DNA of 64,000 nt from Podarcis erhardii (taxonomy: Eukaryota). A program made the position numbers and the translations under genes. The stretch lies in the NCBI GenBank assembly GCA_964252035.1, contig OZ176200.1. One strand, 5' to 3'. Under the pieces are notes generated by a model. The model searched no databases, was not told the origin of the DNA, and was given only the letters and a program-made list of their open reading frames with translations. This document shows, in pieces, positions 47,436 to 59,500 of this stretch. The number at the start of each line of letters is the position of its first letter. Position 1 is the stretch's first letter.

Positions 47436-50074
47436 AATAACCAGGTGGTCACTAAAGGAATGAGTTCTTTGACAGGAGGGGTGAAGAGGCAGTTAATTGC
47501 TGCTGATTTGACAATCCCCCCAGCCCCAAATCATTCACACACAGTGTTTGTGTTTGTTCCCAACCACCGCTTTCCTCCTTTGCTGCCACTTTGGCACCAT
47601 TTTGTTTTCTTTAATCTCAAGCAATCTCAGCCAGTCGGGGGACATGTAAGCGATGTAATGACATATGCAGTGGTCCATGAGGGAGAATGGTGCTGCCTCA
47701 CCAACCTCAGTGTGCCCTCAGTCAGTTCTCAGCTGCCTGCCTTCTTATATACAACCATTTCAAGGGAGGGTACTGCCTATTGGCTTCCTCACCCCGAGCC
47801 TCAGGTTTGCCCTTGTAGAACTCAGCAGGGAGAAGGATAGCTGGTTCCACCTATCATTATTAGCTGGTTCCATCTGTTGTTGGCCTTCTGCCCTTCCAGC
47901 CCCACTGGGCATCAGCCACCATGGCGTCATGTGTGGCACCTGTAGCCAATCTGGTTTAGCTACCAAGGGCCAAGGCAACAGGGCCAATGCTTTTGTTTTG
48001 CCCTGCTGTGCTGTGGCAGTCTTGTTGCTGCAACACAAGCAGCCTCAGCTTGATTGTCTTGGCAACCAGGACATTTTTCTTCTCTTGCCCTCTTTTGCAA
48101 GACTATGAAAAATGTTCAAAAAGGGGCAATTCCTGTACCCCCACCTACCCAGAAACTGTATTGGTTGCCTCCAGTTTTTGGCTGAGCACTTGTTTTCAAC
48201 TTCTCTTTACTTGATCCAACAGCATGAATCACTTGATCCAAATGAAGCCTACCAATGTTGTGGCTGCCCCATTGCTTAGATTGCTTCACAAGGCGACTGT
48301 TCCCATGTGATAAGCCATTCATATGGATCAGGCTATGGTCACCATGCCGTTGCAAATGGCTTTAAAAGAAAAAAGGTGTCCGCATTGACATGGACAAAAA
48401 TAATTCAATCAGTAGCAGTTGGAGCAATTTAAAGTGACAGCACACATACACACCTGTAAAGTCATACTTTGCAGTAGTCCTTGGATTGCAAAGTTTTCCA
48501 TTTACCCAAGAGAGATAGGGGTCTAATGAAACCAACAAAGAAACAGTTAATAACATCATGCAGATTGGAGTGCAAGTTACAGAGAGACAAACTGCCCCTG
48601 GAGCTACCTAGCGGGTGGGGTCTTTTGCCTTTCAGTCTGGCCACCTCTCCTGAATTTTTGAGCAGCGCACCTACAAGGCACTTCAATGGTGGAGTGGGGT
48701 GATAAACCCTCTAAATGGCTTGTAAAAAAAAAGAAGCCACCACTATATTAAGAAACTATTCAGTGATGGCTGTCAAGTAGCTCAGCTTGTCCTCCACTCC
48801 GCTTTGGGAGTTTTCTTCTCCTGCAAGACAATAAGAAGGCACAGGGAGGGATCTTTATGGCCCCATAGCCACAACCAAACAGCCCTAGAATAATGGAACC
48901 ACCGGAATGTTAATTGGTCAAACAAAGACTCAGAAAGACTTTCTGCTCAAACAAAAAAGTGTTCCGTAATTATGTTTCCTTGTTGGTGTGACACCTCCAT
49001 AGTCCCTACTCAGCACCAAAAGAGGCACAACTCCAGCAGTAAGGCAGTGGGATGACTCCCCTGCTCCCTTCTATGAGGTCAATAACTTAGGCTCAATGGA
49101 AGAGTACAAGCTTTTAAAGAATAAAAATAATTTAAAACAGGGAGGGAATCACCCCTCAACATGCATGAAGGGAACAGAGGATGAAAGGGGGTGATCTTGC
49201 TCCCCTTTATAAGTTGGGTGGCGGTGGTAGGGCTATAATTATTTGTGCTGCAGCAGGGAAGGGGTTACGGATACCAAGTTCACACAAAGAAATTATTTCA
49301 CAATGTGGGAATAAGAGGGAGCTGAGCACTCATCACTAACTTTGTCAGGGGCAGTATCTAATGTGACACTTGCACTACCACATTCCACATTGCAAACACA
49401 ACAGCAGTTGCAGTTTTCCAGGGATGTTTTTTTTATCCTTATTAAAAAAGAAAGAAAGAATCCACATGGTGCCAAGAAAATGTGATATCCCCACAACAGA
49501 ACCATAATCTTGAGCAAAAGTGTCTGGGCTGTTTGCAAAATCCTGTACGCATTTACAAATTACTAACAAATGTGCATCATCCTTCCAGCTAAAAAATAAT
49601 CATCATAAAAAATGTGATAAAAAATGAACATTGGGTTGTACAGAATGGCACCCACCCAAGGTGTGTAATATTCAGATTTGGGAAGTTCCCAATTGCAATG
49701 ATTGCACTCAGTGTTTCATTCAGTTTCCTTGAGTGTGGCCTGAGTTTCCCAATGGTGTAGCATTTTCGGGAAGAATGTGCATGGTTGAAATATGTAGGGA
49801 ATTCTGAAGAGGGGAATAAAATCTGTTTTTCAACCAAGTTCGGGCCAGCATCAGTAGTTTGATCTGATGCGATTTTGATTTGATTTACTATTTGTATCCT
49901 CCTTTTCCAGCAACAACATTGAGGTCAAAGCAGCTGAAACAGCTGGGCATTAGCAACCCCCTACGGCTCTCCCTCCTTGCTACTGACGCTTGTTCACCTG
50001 CCCTCTCTGAACATGCAACCACAGATAACAGGAAGGAAAATCAGAAACCCTGGCTTGCCTTCGCCTCTTGCGTG

Positions 50075-50106
<32 letters not shown>

Positions 50107-50369
50107 AGTGTTACTGATTGGTCCTAGAAGGAGAAGGCAAGCAAATGGGCATCGACAACCCCAGTGAAGAGGAGGTGGGGTTACTCAGGAAACCCCACCC
50201 AAAGGGCATCTGCCCAAGACCCCCCCCAAACCCAATACATGTTCTTTATTTTCCTGCTGCTTCTTATGTGCCCCCTCTTGATTACTGTTATTACGCTTTG
50301 TATACCATATAATAGAAATATAAGTGATCAAGCAAAGAGATAGGTGGCATTTCACTGGTACAGTTAAAT

Positions 50370-50474
50370 CAGGCATAGGCAAACTTGGCCCTCCAGATGT
50401 TTTGAGACTACAGTTCCCATCATACCTGACCACTAGGGATGATGGGAGTTGTAGTCCCAAAACATCTGGAGGGC
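50370..50474. mobile_element. Palindromic MITE (family of 40084-40219) with one TIR missing
   Basis: CAGGCATAGGCAAACTTGGCCCTCCAGATGTTTTG...AAAACATCTGGAGGGC. Confidence 0.75.
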
Positions 50475-52334
50475 AGCACGGCACTCCTAGCTGCCTTCCC
50501 TTTCCATCAAGAGCCAGAGCGGTGCAGCGGTTAGAGAGTCAGACTAAGACCTGGGAGACCAGGGTTCAAATGCCCCACTTGGCCACGAAGCTCATCTGGT
50601 CCCATTACTGCCTCTTTGATTAACCTGAACTACAACCTAACTTCCTCCCCTTGCTGCATGCAACAGAACTTGAATTTGCCTGGCAGCATATTGCGCAGGG
50701 AACTGAAAGAGGGAATGATGGCAAAAGAGGGTACCAGTATCATTCTTACACTGATATCCCACCTTTCCTCCAAGGTGCTCAAGGTGGTACTAAGGAGAGG
50801 TAGGAGGCACAGCGGTGGCCGAGGAAGCATGTAAAGGTTGACACAAAGGTACCACAATCTTTGGGTGAGGATCTAAGGTATATTCATTCCTGGAAAGATT
50901 GCCCCTCTTGAGATTTGGCATGTCATATAGCCGAAAGAGTGTCAGAAACCCTGCCAGAAAAAAAGTTCCTCACTGATACGCCTTTTAGGTTTATTCAGGG
51001 CCCTTGATAGCACCTGGAGTCAAATATTTTCTTCTTTTTTGATCACACAAACACACACTCTTTTCAAAAGGAAAAACATCGCAGAGGCTCACCTCAGAAC
51101 ACTCACTTTCTTTTTTTGACAAGTACACATGTTGGGTGCCATGCCGCACACACCCTGCTCCCTCTCTCCCATCCCCTATCATACTTTTTCAGCAGCAGAA
51201 TATAAACATTTACAACAAAATGCACTTAGCCTCTGTGGTTATTTGCCAAGAGCTGTTGGCTCCTCACCTTGATTATGAGAGAGCCCATGTTGTGGGGCTT
51301 TGTGTGTGTCAGAAATGGGAAAAACAAATCATTCAAATTCCGCCTACACTACTTCTCCATTTACTGAGAACATCCGTTTACAAACGGTACAGGATATTTT
51401 ATGCACTAGCACTGCAAAACTATTTTTGATGCAAAAGTCAGGTAAAAGCTATCAATAAAATGCCCCCCTTTCACCCACCCACCCAGTAGAGTAATTAGGC
51501 TCCTCCAGACAACCTGCTCATTAGATTTTATTAGAGATTAGACTTCCCCAGTCTTTATTGAGCATTTGTTCTGATTTGTTTGTGGGGAGGTTCTACAACC
51601 ATAAGCGTTTGATCTTTATTTACTTGCACAAAGCTCACACAATGGTTAGACTAACATTTATTAAGCATTCTCTCTCATTTGTTTACAGCGTGGTTATAGG
51701 AGAAGGAGCCTTCCTCCCACATTCACCCTGATTTGCTCCTGGAGTGTTTATATGTCCTCCCAGGGTTGGCCCAAGACCTTTTGACACCTGAGATGAATCA
51801 CAAAAATGGTGCGCCTTCTGCCAGGGAAGAAGGAGTGAGTGAAGATCAACGTCGGGAACAGGTGGGGCAAATGAAATCAACTTTAACCAGTGGTTGAAGT
51901 AGGAATCAAAGGCCGTCCCAGGGAGGAGGGAAGAAGGGGCCTGCTGGGTGGGTGCAGAGTCCAGGAGACCCCATAGGGCAGCCCCTGCCACTTCCTCCCT
52001 GGGGGTAAGAGGAGACCAGCAGTGCCTTCTCTTCGTTGAGAGGCCACCTTGGGGAGGAGTGGCCCACCTTGGGGAGGAGTGGCCCAGCAGTGAGGAGGCT
52101 GCTGAGAAGATCCACTCTCTGGCAAACATCTCACAGCTGTTGTTGTCACTGCATCAGCAGCAGACAATACACTACGTGGAGGCTGGATTTGCTGCCCCTG
52201 TGGATCCTGCCATCCAAGTTAGTCATCTCACCTTGCCTCTTGAGTGAGCCAGCCCTGTGGCTTCCCATTAACCATGCATTCATCTCACACTTTTCGGTGC
52301 ATTTAACTGTCAATTTCCTAACTGCCAAAACACA

Positions 52335-52377
<43 letters not shown>

Positions 52378-52380
52378 TGT
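52335..52380. repeat. (CT)n(GT)n compound microsatellite
   Basis: Direct reading. Confidence 0.9.
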
Positions 52381-54062
52381 AAGTAGATTCATTGCACTAT
52401 GGTGACAGAGCACTTAAATCCATTTTAATTCTGCAACCCTAAATGTCTGGCATATCCTTAAATTCCTCCCACAAAATAATGACAATCTGGAGGCACCCCT
52501 TGTCTGGCCAGATAGCAAGTCTCCAAACTAAAATCCAAAGAACCTAGAATTAAGTATCTGCAGCAGAGGGTTGGGTTTTTTTAAAAAAAAAACTTTCTAC
52601 TCCCAGAGAGCACTTCTCACATTGATTTATCTGCCTCCACCCCCTCCCACCCTGGGATGTTGCTGTGTTTTCTGGAGTGCCTTGCAGGGTGCAATTTTAA
52701 TATATGTGGCTGCTGGCTGGGCTGTCAAGAGTTCAGTGTTACCCCACACATAACAGCAACCCATAACACGGGAAGAAAATATCTTACAGATGCATACCTG
52801 GCATTCCAGAGCTTTTCCGAGGTATTTCATTTTAGCCAACATGCTCTGCTTTTAAAAAGCCATTAATTTCACAACCCAGATGTATCTCTCACCACCACAC
52901 CCAGCTTTCACGGCAAAAAAATTAAAAAATTAAAAATGTATGTCTTCCATAAAATGCATAAAACACAACCTCCCAAGATCTGCAAAATATTAATCACACA
53001 TATACACATCCTGCCCCAGTTGTGCCCTGCATGCCCTGGCAGATAATCCAAGAGCTTCTATTGAATAACAAAGTGCAGGAAGAAAAGGCCTCAATCCAGC
53101 AGAGCCAACTCACACCAATTGTATACATGGGTCTCTTGAGGAATAGCTCCCCTCTTGCTCCTTGCTTGAGAGGTGAGCCACCCACACATAAATAAGGCTC
53201 CTCACTCTTTCTCTTCCACTGCATGGAGGCTGCTTTGTATGTTAAGCCATTCGTGGGTGCTGCTAACACGATGTTAATTTACCTGCAGAGATGCCAGTAT
53301 AGGTTTCTGAGCATATGAAGATGCTGAGGTGCTGCTGGCCCTAATAGGGGATCCCAAAGGCTGGGAGAGAGCTGAGCTGGGCTCTGCAGGATCCCAAGTA
53401 AGTCTCATGGCCATTAGCTGGAACAGGTGCAGCATCAGGTCAGGATCAGGCCCAATCATTCTGCATGGTCCATGACGGCTGTTGTGAGCAGCAGGGTTGC
53501 AGATGTCACAACCTTCCCTGCTATAGCGAGATGTATTATATTTTTAAATTATAGTAACTGTTTCTAAGTTTGCATCTATACACGTAAATGAGCATGTGCA
53601 CATGGAAACAAATGTCTTCTTTTGTATAAATGGTTACCCTAGGCTGCACCAAAGGACCGCAGACTGAGACCCTTGCAAACTGTCAGAGTAGACAGTACTG
53701 ATTTCAATGAACCCGTGACCACACAGCTTCCTCTCCTCCTGGGGAAGAGGTTCCCACATGGCTAGTGGTGTGTTTGTATGGGGCCTTTTTCCTGGGACAC
53801 CAGTTTAACCTCATCAGCCAGAAGGCCTTGGATCCTGGTGCTAACTTTCTTAAAGAATTGGCTAGTTGCTGTATGGAATGCAAATTAGTTTAGAAATTAG
53901 TTTCGAAGGGTAACTTCTAACTACAAAATGATGGGAGCTGGGGAACAACTTGAGAAAAACTGGTATACTGGTTTGAACGTTGGGAGACCAGGGTTCAAAT
54001 TCCCACCCAGCCATGAAGCTCATTGGGCCAGTCACCGTGCCTTAGCCTAACCTACCTCAGAG

Positions 54063-54251
54063 GCACCTTAAAGACCAACTAAGTTAGTTCTAGGTATGAG
54101 CTTTCGTGTGCATGCACACTTCTTCAGATACACAGAAAGCACACGAAAGCTCATACCTAGAACTAACTTAGTTGGTCTTTAAGGTGCTACTGGAAGGAAT
54201 TTTTTTATTTTGTTTTGACTATGGCAGACCAACACGGCTACCTATCTGTAA
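54063..54251 (+). mobile_element. Penelope-like element terminal fragment with an inverted 5' duplication
   Basis: Perfect 49-bp inverted repeat (54063-54111 / 54139-54187); ends CAGACCAACACGGCTACC; 11-bp TSD CTACCTCAGAG (54052-54062, 54252-54262). Confidence 0.85.
54094..54131 (-). ncRNA. Minimal type I hammerhead ribozyme (Penelope-associated)
   Basis: Minus strand GUAU-CUGAAGA-A-GUGUGC-AU-GCACAC-GAAA-GC-UC^AUAC: full catalytic core, 6-bp stem II, palindromic AGCU stem III, 4-bp stem I. Confidence 0.75.
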
Positions 54252-57200
54252 CTACCTCAGAGGGTTGTTGGGAAGATGAATTGGGGGTGAGGAGAGCCAT
54301 GTACAGTACCTTGAGCTCACTGGAAGAAAAAGTGGTACATGAATGTAATAAATAAAGGCAACAACTGATTGACGCGCACCTGATCAACGCACAATCATGC
54401 ATGTGATCAAGACGCCAAACCCGGAAGTGACCAGAAAACATCACTGAAGCATCACTAAAAGGACAGAAAGGGGGTGGTGGGGCAGAATGCTTTATGTGGG
54501 CCCCACTGACATGCATGGGGGCCCAGAATATAACCCAAATGCCAAATGAGGATTGCCTGTAAATAAAAACAAGTACTTAGAGAACATACCAATCCATAGA
54601 AACAAAAACAGATTTTCCCACCCTTTAACTGCCAACCTTTTCTCACAGCCAGTGTGGTTAAAGAGATGAATTTGTCCCCCTCTCCATGCCTGTATCCTTT
54701 CTATTCATTCTTATGGATGGTGTAGGCACTTGATTCTGCAGAATGGCAGTGGGGTCGGGGTGTTAATTTATCTGGAGACTTTCCATCATGGAGCACAACG
54801 AATGACAATGCTCTTGTAGATGTGGTTTCAGAGCTTGCTTGATACAGTATTTTTGAAATTGTCATCTTGGATGAAATGGTTAAATGTAAATGCAACCATG
54901 TATTGACTGTGGGTGGTGATGCTTCAAAGTTTTCATGTGATTCTTGCCCACTGTCAGACACAGACTTCCAAACGGCAAGGGAAAACAACCTGTCTCTTGT
55001 GATCAATAGCTCTTGTCTTGGGCTATTCTGTCCTTTGTGCCTTTTTCTTTTCCAGCATGTCCTATTTACTTGCACTCAGGGAAAGCTAAGCTGCAATTAA
55101 GATCAAAGAAACAAACACAAGCACAGCAATGGCAGCCTGTGACGCTGGTTACGTTGCTTGGACTGGTGTGGAGACTTGTTAGTGCTGGTTGGCTTTTACA
55201 GCTTTGGAGAAACTAACACGCTCTGGAGAGTCTCCGTTTGGTTAGAAATATTCTGCTGTATTTTCCATCCTTCTGCTTTCAGTTGTTAGCTACAAGCCTA
55301 TTTTGTCTTCCTTAGGGCACAACCCCCCACCCTTTATAATTTTCCTTTATCTACTCAAGGGAGATGCCTCCAACGGGCAGAGGGGAAGAGAATCAATGGG
55401 TCAGCTCTCTCTCTAAACCATTAGCCATTAACCACAGATTACAGACCAAAGGACCCTTTCCATTACGCAGTATTTGTCATCTGTATCTATTTATACACAT
55501 TACGTACAGGAAAAAAAACATATGTGGACATTCACCGTATCATTTCCTATACTGGAATATAATTTGTTAAGAAGTTTAACCTTTCTTTCTAGCTAGTTAA
55601 TGGGTTTCACTGAGTGAATAAATAATCAGCGCCTTATAATTTTGGACATAGTTTTAGGGAATGATAATCCATTTAAAATCATCGTCATCCTCTGGGCAGT
55701 AAGGTTAACTTGTGAGTAAAGCATTCCTAAAAGCAGTGACAGTGGCTTCAGAAACCAAAGGAAAACAGGTATGTAAAATCTCCCCTTCCCTCTGTCCTAA
55801 TTTTGCTGACATTTATATCTTCTCAATGTCACAAATATTCCAGCATAGAAGTACGTATTTGGAAAACAGTGTTGTGATGCTGATTCTGGAGACACTAGGT
55901 CACCCGGTTCCCTCTCACCTACTTTCAGATTATCCGGTCTCTTAGACATTGATCCTGGAGACAATGAAAAATACTGGCAGGTAAGTGTTTACAGCATGGA
56001 TGTGTTTTTGGTGATGCTCCTCTGATTTTGCATTGTGTGTTTTTGCAGCATAACCCATTTGATCTGTGGCAAATAATGGGCAACATTACTAGCAAATTTA
56101 GATCCCATTCATGCTAGGACTAACTTCAAACATCTGGAAAAATTAGACCCCATTCATGCTGACTTTAAACAGGCGAAAGAGCCCCACTGGCTGATAAAAG
56201 TGTTTGTGACTAAGCCCTGCTCAGGATCAAGAGCTTCATAAGCAAAAGCTTGTTTACATGTGAATGTGGAGCCAGCGTACCTTTCAAGGTATATAAGGTT
56301 CATGCTATGTCTCTCTGAACAGGCGAGCCAAATCAACAGCGATGTTAATGAAGTTATGAATGATTAACAAGGATGCCAGTCACAAGGAACCAATCCCACC
56401 ATGGATTAATCTACACCGGATTTCAAAAATGGAACCGCATCAATATGTAGGCTATATATTAATGGTGTGTTACTCAGCTCGGCTGACTGAGTGATTGAAG
56501 TTCTGTATGCACTAAAGATGTATCATTAAAATAAAGATAGTTAATAATTCAAGGTTTGCTACTCTCAGGCAGCACCAAAGCTGAGAAGAAGAAGCTCTAT
56601 CCAGCTAGTGCCAAACTCTAGAATTCCACCAATTCCTAGATTTGGTGTTTCAAAGGTTAATAAAAGTTTTGTCTTGTTACCAGAAAAAAGAAAAAAGAAA
56701 ATGTAGGGAGCACGAATTGTGGACCTATTTTGATATAGAAGATGATTGTCCTACACTTTTCATAAAAAATGACAAAAGCTTATCGGTTTAACACTGACTC
56801 CCTTGTTTAGATTTTTATGGGAAAATAAGACAATTGATCAAAAGAAAACTGAACTGTCAATTTCAAGGAGAAAAACCCATTCATAATTAACAGCACCTTT
56901 AAAAAAAACAACCCCCCCCAACCCTCCTAATTGTGTTAAGTTGGATACAGCCCATAGAAACAATTTATAACTAAGCTGCCCTTCCCAGGTTCTGTGGGGC
57001 TACAACAGATCACCACTAGAGGACAATAGGGCAGGTCTTTTCCCCAAGGGCTCCCTTATTGGATTGTGGGAGACTAGTGTTTGTTTTGTTGTTTCCATTC
57101 CTTTCAGGCTTTCTGTTATGCTGACTAAGAATCCATCTGAAACGGCGTCTACCTTGCTTCTGTTAAATCCACATGAAGGCTGTTACAACTTTAGACAGGG

Positions 57201-57975
57201 ATAGTGTGGGGCTGAGTAAACATACTAAGAAACTGGCAAGCACCCAGGGACATCTTCCATAGAGGAAACACCTTGAGAGCCCCTTGGAGGGGATTGAGAA
57301 GTTGGTGGGTGGGTGTGGCAGTGCCCAAGATCACCCCTTGAGTCTGCCTTTTCTCCTATAGAAATTGAGGTGCACTTGGGAGAAGTAGATGCCCTCAACA
57401 TTGCACCCACTCTTCCTAGGGCAGTGAGTTTGAGTAAGATCTTGAGGTCAGGAGCTTTTGGGCTGACCTCCCTTCCCCAGAGCAAGTTGGCAGGGCCTTT
57501 CTTTAGTTGCACTTACCTATAACAATTTAGGTGGGCAATAGCGACTGATAAACAAGAAGCGATAGGTGAGCAATAGTCATTGATTAACAAGATCAGTGTG
57601 ACTGGAGCATGACTGCAGAGCTCTTTCCTTGACCTGAGCTTTGATTACATTAAAAAGGAGGATTAATTCAATCAGTGAGATGAAAGGCAAATCATTGTTA
57701 AACATTGGGTAGCCTGAAGGTGCTGACATCTCTCAATCCCAATAGCATTGATTTAGTTCACCAAAGAAATGTATATCTATATAGCATGCATGCATGCAAG
57801 CAAACCCACCCTCCACATTTCCCCCTCTTTCCTGTGAGGGGGGAGGACGAGGAATGCTCTCCATGAAGTAAAAGCCCCCAACCATACTGTTGGAACTTTT
57901 TTTTTTTTTTGTCTTCCAAATGGTAGTCTCAGGAGAGCTTAAAAAAATTAAAAAAGAGGAGGTTAAGAAAGGAGG

Positions 57976-58072
57976 GGGGCGAATGAGAGGGGTTAGATAA
58001 CCTCTGCAATTTTATTGGCTGCTACCTTGATGGCTGGAAGTTTGAGCATGCCCATTGGATGGGTGTATAAAA
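57976..58072 (+). promoter_or_regulatory. IGF2: IGF2 promoter: TATAAAA (58066-58072), two inverted CCAAT boxes (58014, 58054), candidate PLAG1 site
   Basis: Motifs read directly and lie immediately upstream of the leader-coding exon. Confidence 0.65.
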
Positions 58073-58356
58073 GAAGGGACAGTGAGCGCTCTCAGTCTGT
58101 CTCCTCAGCTGTGGAGCAGTTAATTGAGGCTCTAGCTGCTACTGGGAAGCCCCACCAGCGCTGCCTCTGGAAACCAGACCCACGCAAAGAGGCAGCAAAG
58201 ACAGACAGGCAGACAGAGAAAGAGAGACAGAGAGAGGTGGTGGCGGTGAGGGGAAGGAAACCTCTTAAGTATATGCAGACAGACAGAGATTTCTCTTTCA
58301 AAAAAGGGACTTGCTATACCAAATACAGCCAGAGAACCCAGCAAAGCAGCCTCACG

Positions 58357-58470
58357 ATGTCAAGAAAGCAGAGGAACCACATGGATGAATGCTACAGCCA
58401 CCCTGCCTTGTTCCAAATCTGCACGCAAGAAGTTGAGAGCGGCGGCAGCAGCAGCTGTGGCAGTTCAAAG
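58357..58470 (+). CDS. IGF2: First coding exon of IGF2 (pre-signal leader MSRKQRNHMDECYSHPALFQICTQEVESGGSSSCGSSK); downstream exons are outside the window
   Basis: ATG with A at -3; phase-0 donor AAG|GTAAGG at 58471; same strand and downstream of INS as in conserved TH-INS-IGF2 synteny; resembles (from memory) the His/Cys-containing exon-1 leader of non-mammalian IGF2. No mature-peptide exon was found in the window. Confidence 0.72.
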
Positions 58471-59500
58471 GTAAGGGGAAAAGCAAACCAGCCGGGACTT
58501 ATCTCCCGTTTGCAAAGCAGCCGGGCGGACGGAGGACAGCGAGCGGGAAGGGTGCAGGGCGCGGAGGGCAGAGCAGCAGCAGCAGCAGCAGCAGCATCTC
58601 GGAGTAGCAGCTCTCCCCGAGAGCAAAGCTGCCACATTCGTGCAGTTTTTCCCCCCTGGGATGCTCTTTTTTATTTTATTTTTGCGCGCTCCGTCTCTTT
58701 CTCTCGCTCTCTCCCGTCGCTCCGTGGGCTCTCGAGTTCACCGAAGGACACACCGATTGCAGAAAAAGAGAAGCCAATAGCTGGAGTCCGGCCGGGGATG
58801 GGGAGCCCGTCTTGGAGAAGAAGCACAAAAGTTTCTGCGCTCGGCTCCCGAGAGCGACGCGAGACGCGAGCACTTTTCCAAGTCCTGGGCTCCTTTGGCC
58901 ACCCACAACTTTGCGCACTCTGCCTCGGAGTTGTGCGGTCCGTCTCCCCGCCCCGCCGCCTTGCACACCTTTTTTTTTTGTGTGTGTGTGAGGCGGTTTT
59001 CCCCTTCTCGCAATGGCTGTGCAAGCGTTTTGCAGAAAGTTCGCGCTGCAAAGGAGCGAGAGTTTGCATACTTTTTTAAAAAAACCAACCATACCGCACA
59101 AACACACACAACTTTCGGTGGGCAGACTTCGGGTTAGCGGAGCAGTCAGGAAAAACAAACCCCCTAAGACCCCCGTTCTGCAATATTGGCCTGGTGACGC
59201 TAGAGGGACCCCGAGGGATGGGTCAGAGTCCCCTGTTTTGGACTCCTTGCAAAGGTTTGCACTCTTCCAGCTTTTGCAAGCGTCCAGCTCCGGGAACATT
59301 CCTGGCTGTAGGGGCTGGGGGCTGCAGGACTGTTAATACCCAGAGCGATGAAACGGGAGGCAATTTCACGGGGAAGGGGCTGGTAAATCTCACTTGAAGG
59401 CGCGGGCTGCACAATACACAACGGAGAGTTAGATCTGTCAAAGGAGACGGGAGGCAACCCTCCACTCCTTCGTCACTTTTATGAATGGAGGTGTTGCTGC
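58400..59500. promoter_or_regulatory. CpG-island-like region over IGF2 exon 1 and the start of intron 1
   Basis: Visibly high CpG and GC content against a CpG-poor background; not computed. Confidence 0.7.

Larger units (their letters stand above)
53961..54356 (+). mobile_element. Old MIR/Squam3-like SINE interrupted by a Penelope fragment
   Basis: CAGGGTTCAAATTCCC B box, CTAACCTACCTCAGAGGGTTGTTG core split by the insertion, AATAAATAAA end. Confidence 0.6.

Noticed and set aside
52043-52085. 20-bp tandem duplication GGCCCACCTTGGGGAGGAGT
   Set aside because: Simple slippage duplication with no further structure.
57013-57026. CTCF-like CCACTAGAGGACAA near IGF2
   Set aside because: It has a mismatch in the core GGC; too weak without data.
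58015-59079. 354-aa ORF spanning the IGF2 promoter, exon 1 and intron 1
   Set aside because: It starts at a TTG upstream of the TATA box and runs through a strong donor into low-complexity GC-rich intron; only 58273/58357-58470 is credible.
58671-59299. Overlapping antisense ORFs (207, 132 and 123 aa) in the CpG island, superficially like IGF2-AS
   Set aside because: Long ORFs are expected in GC-rich sequence; no recognisable domain and no splice support.
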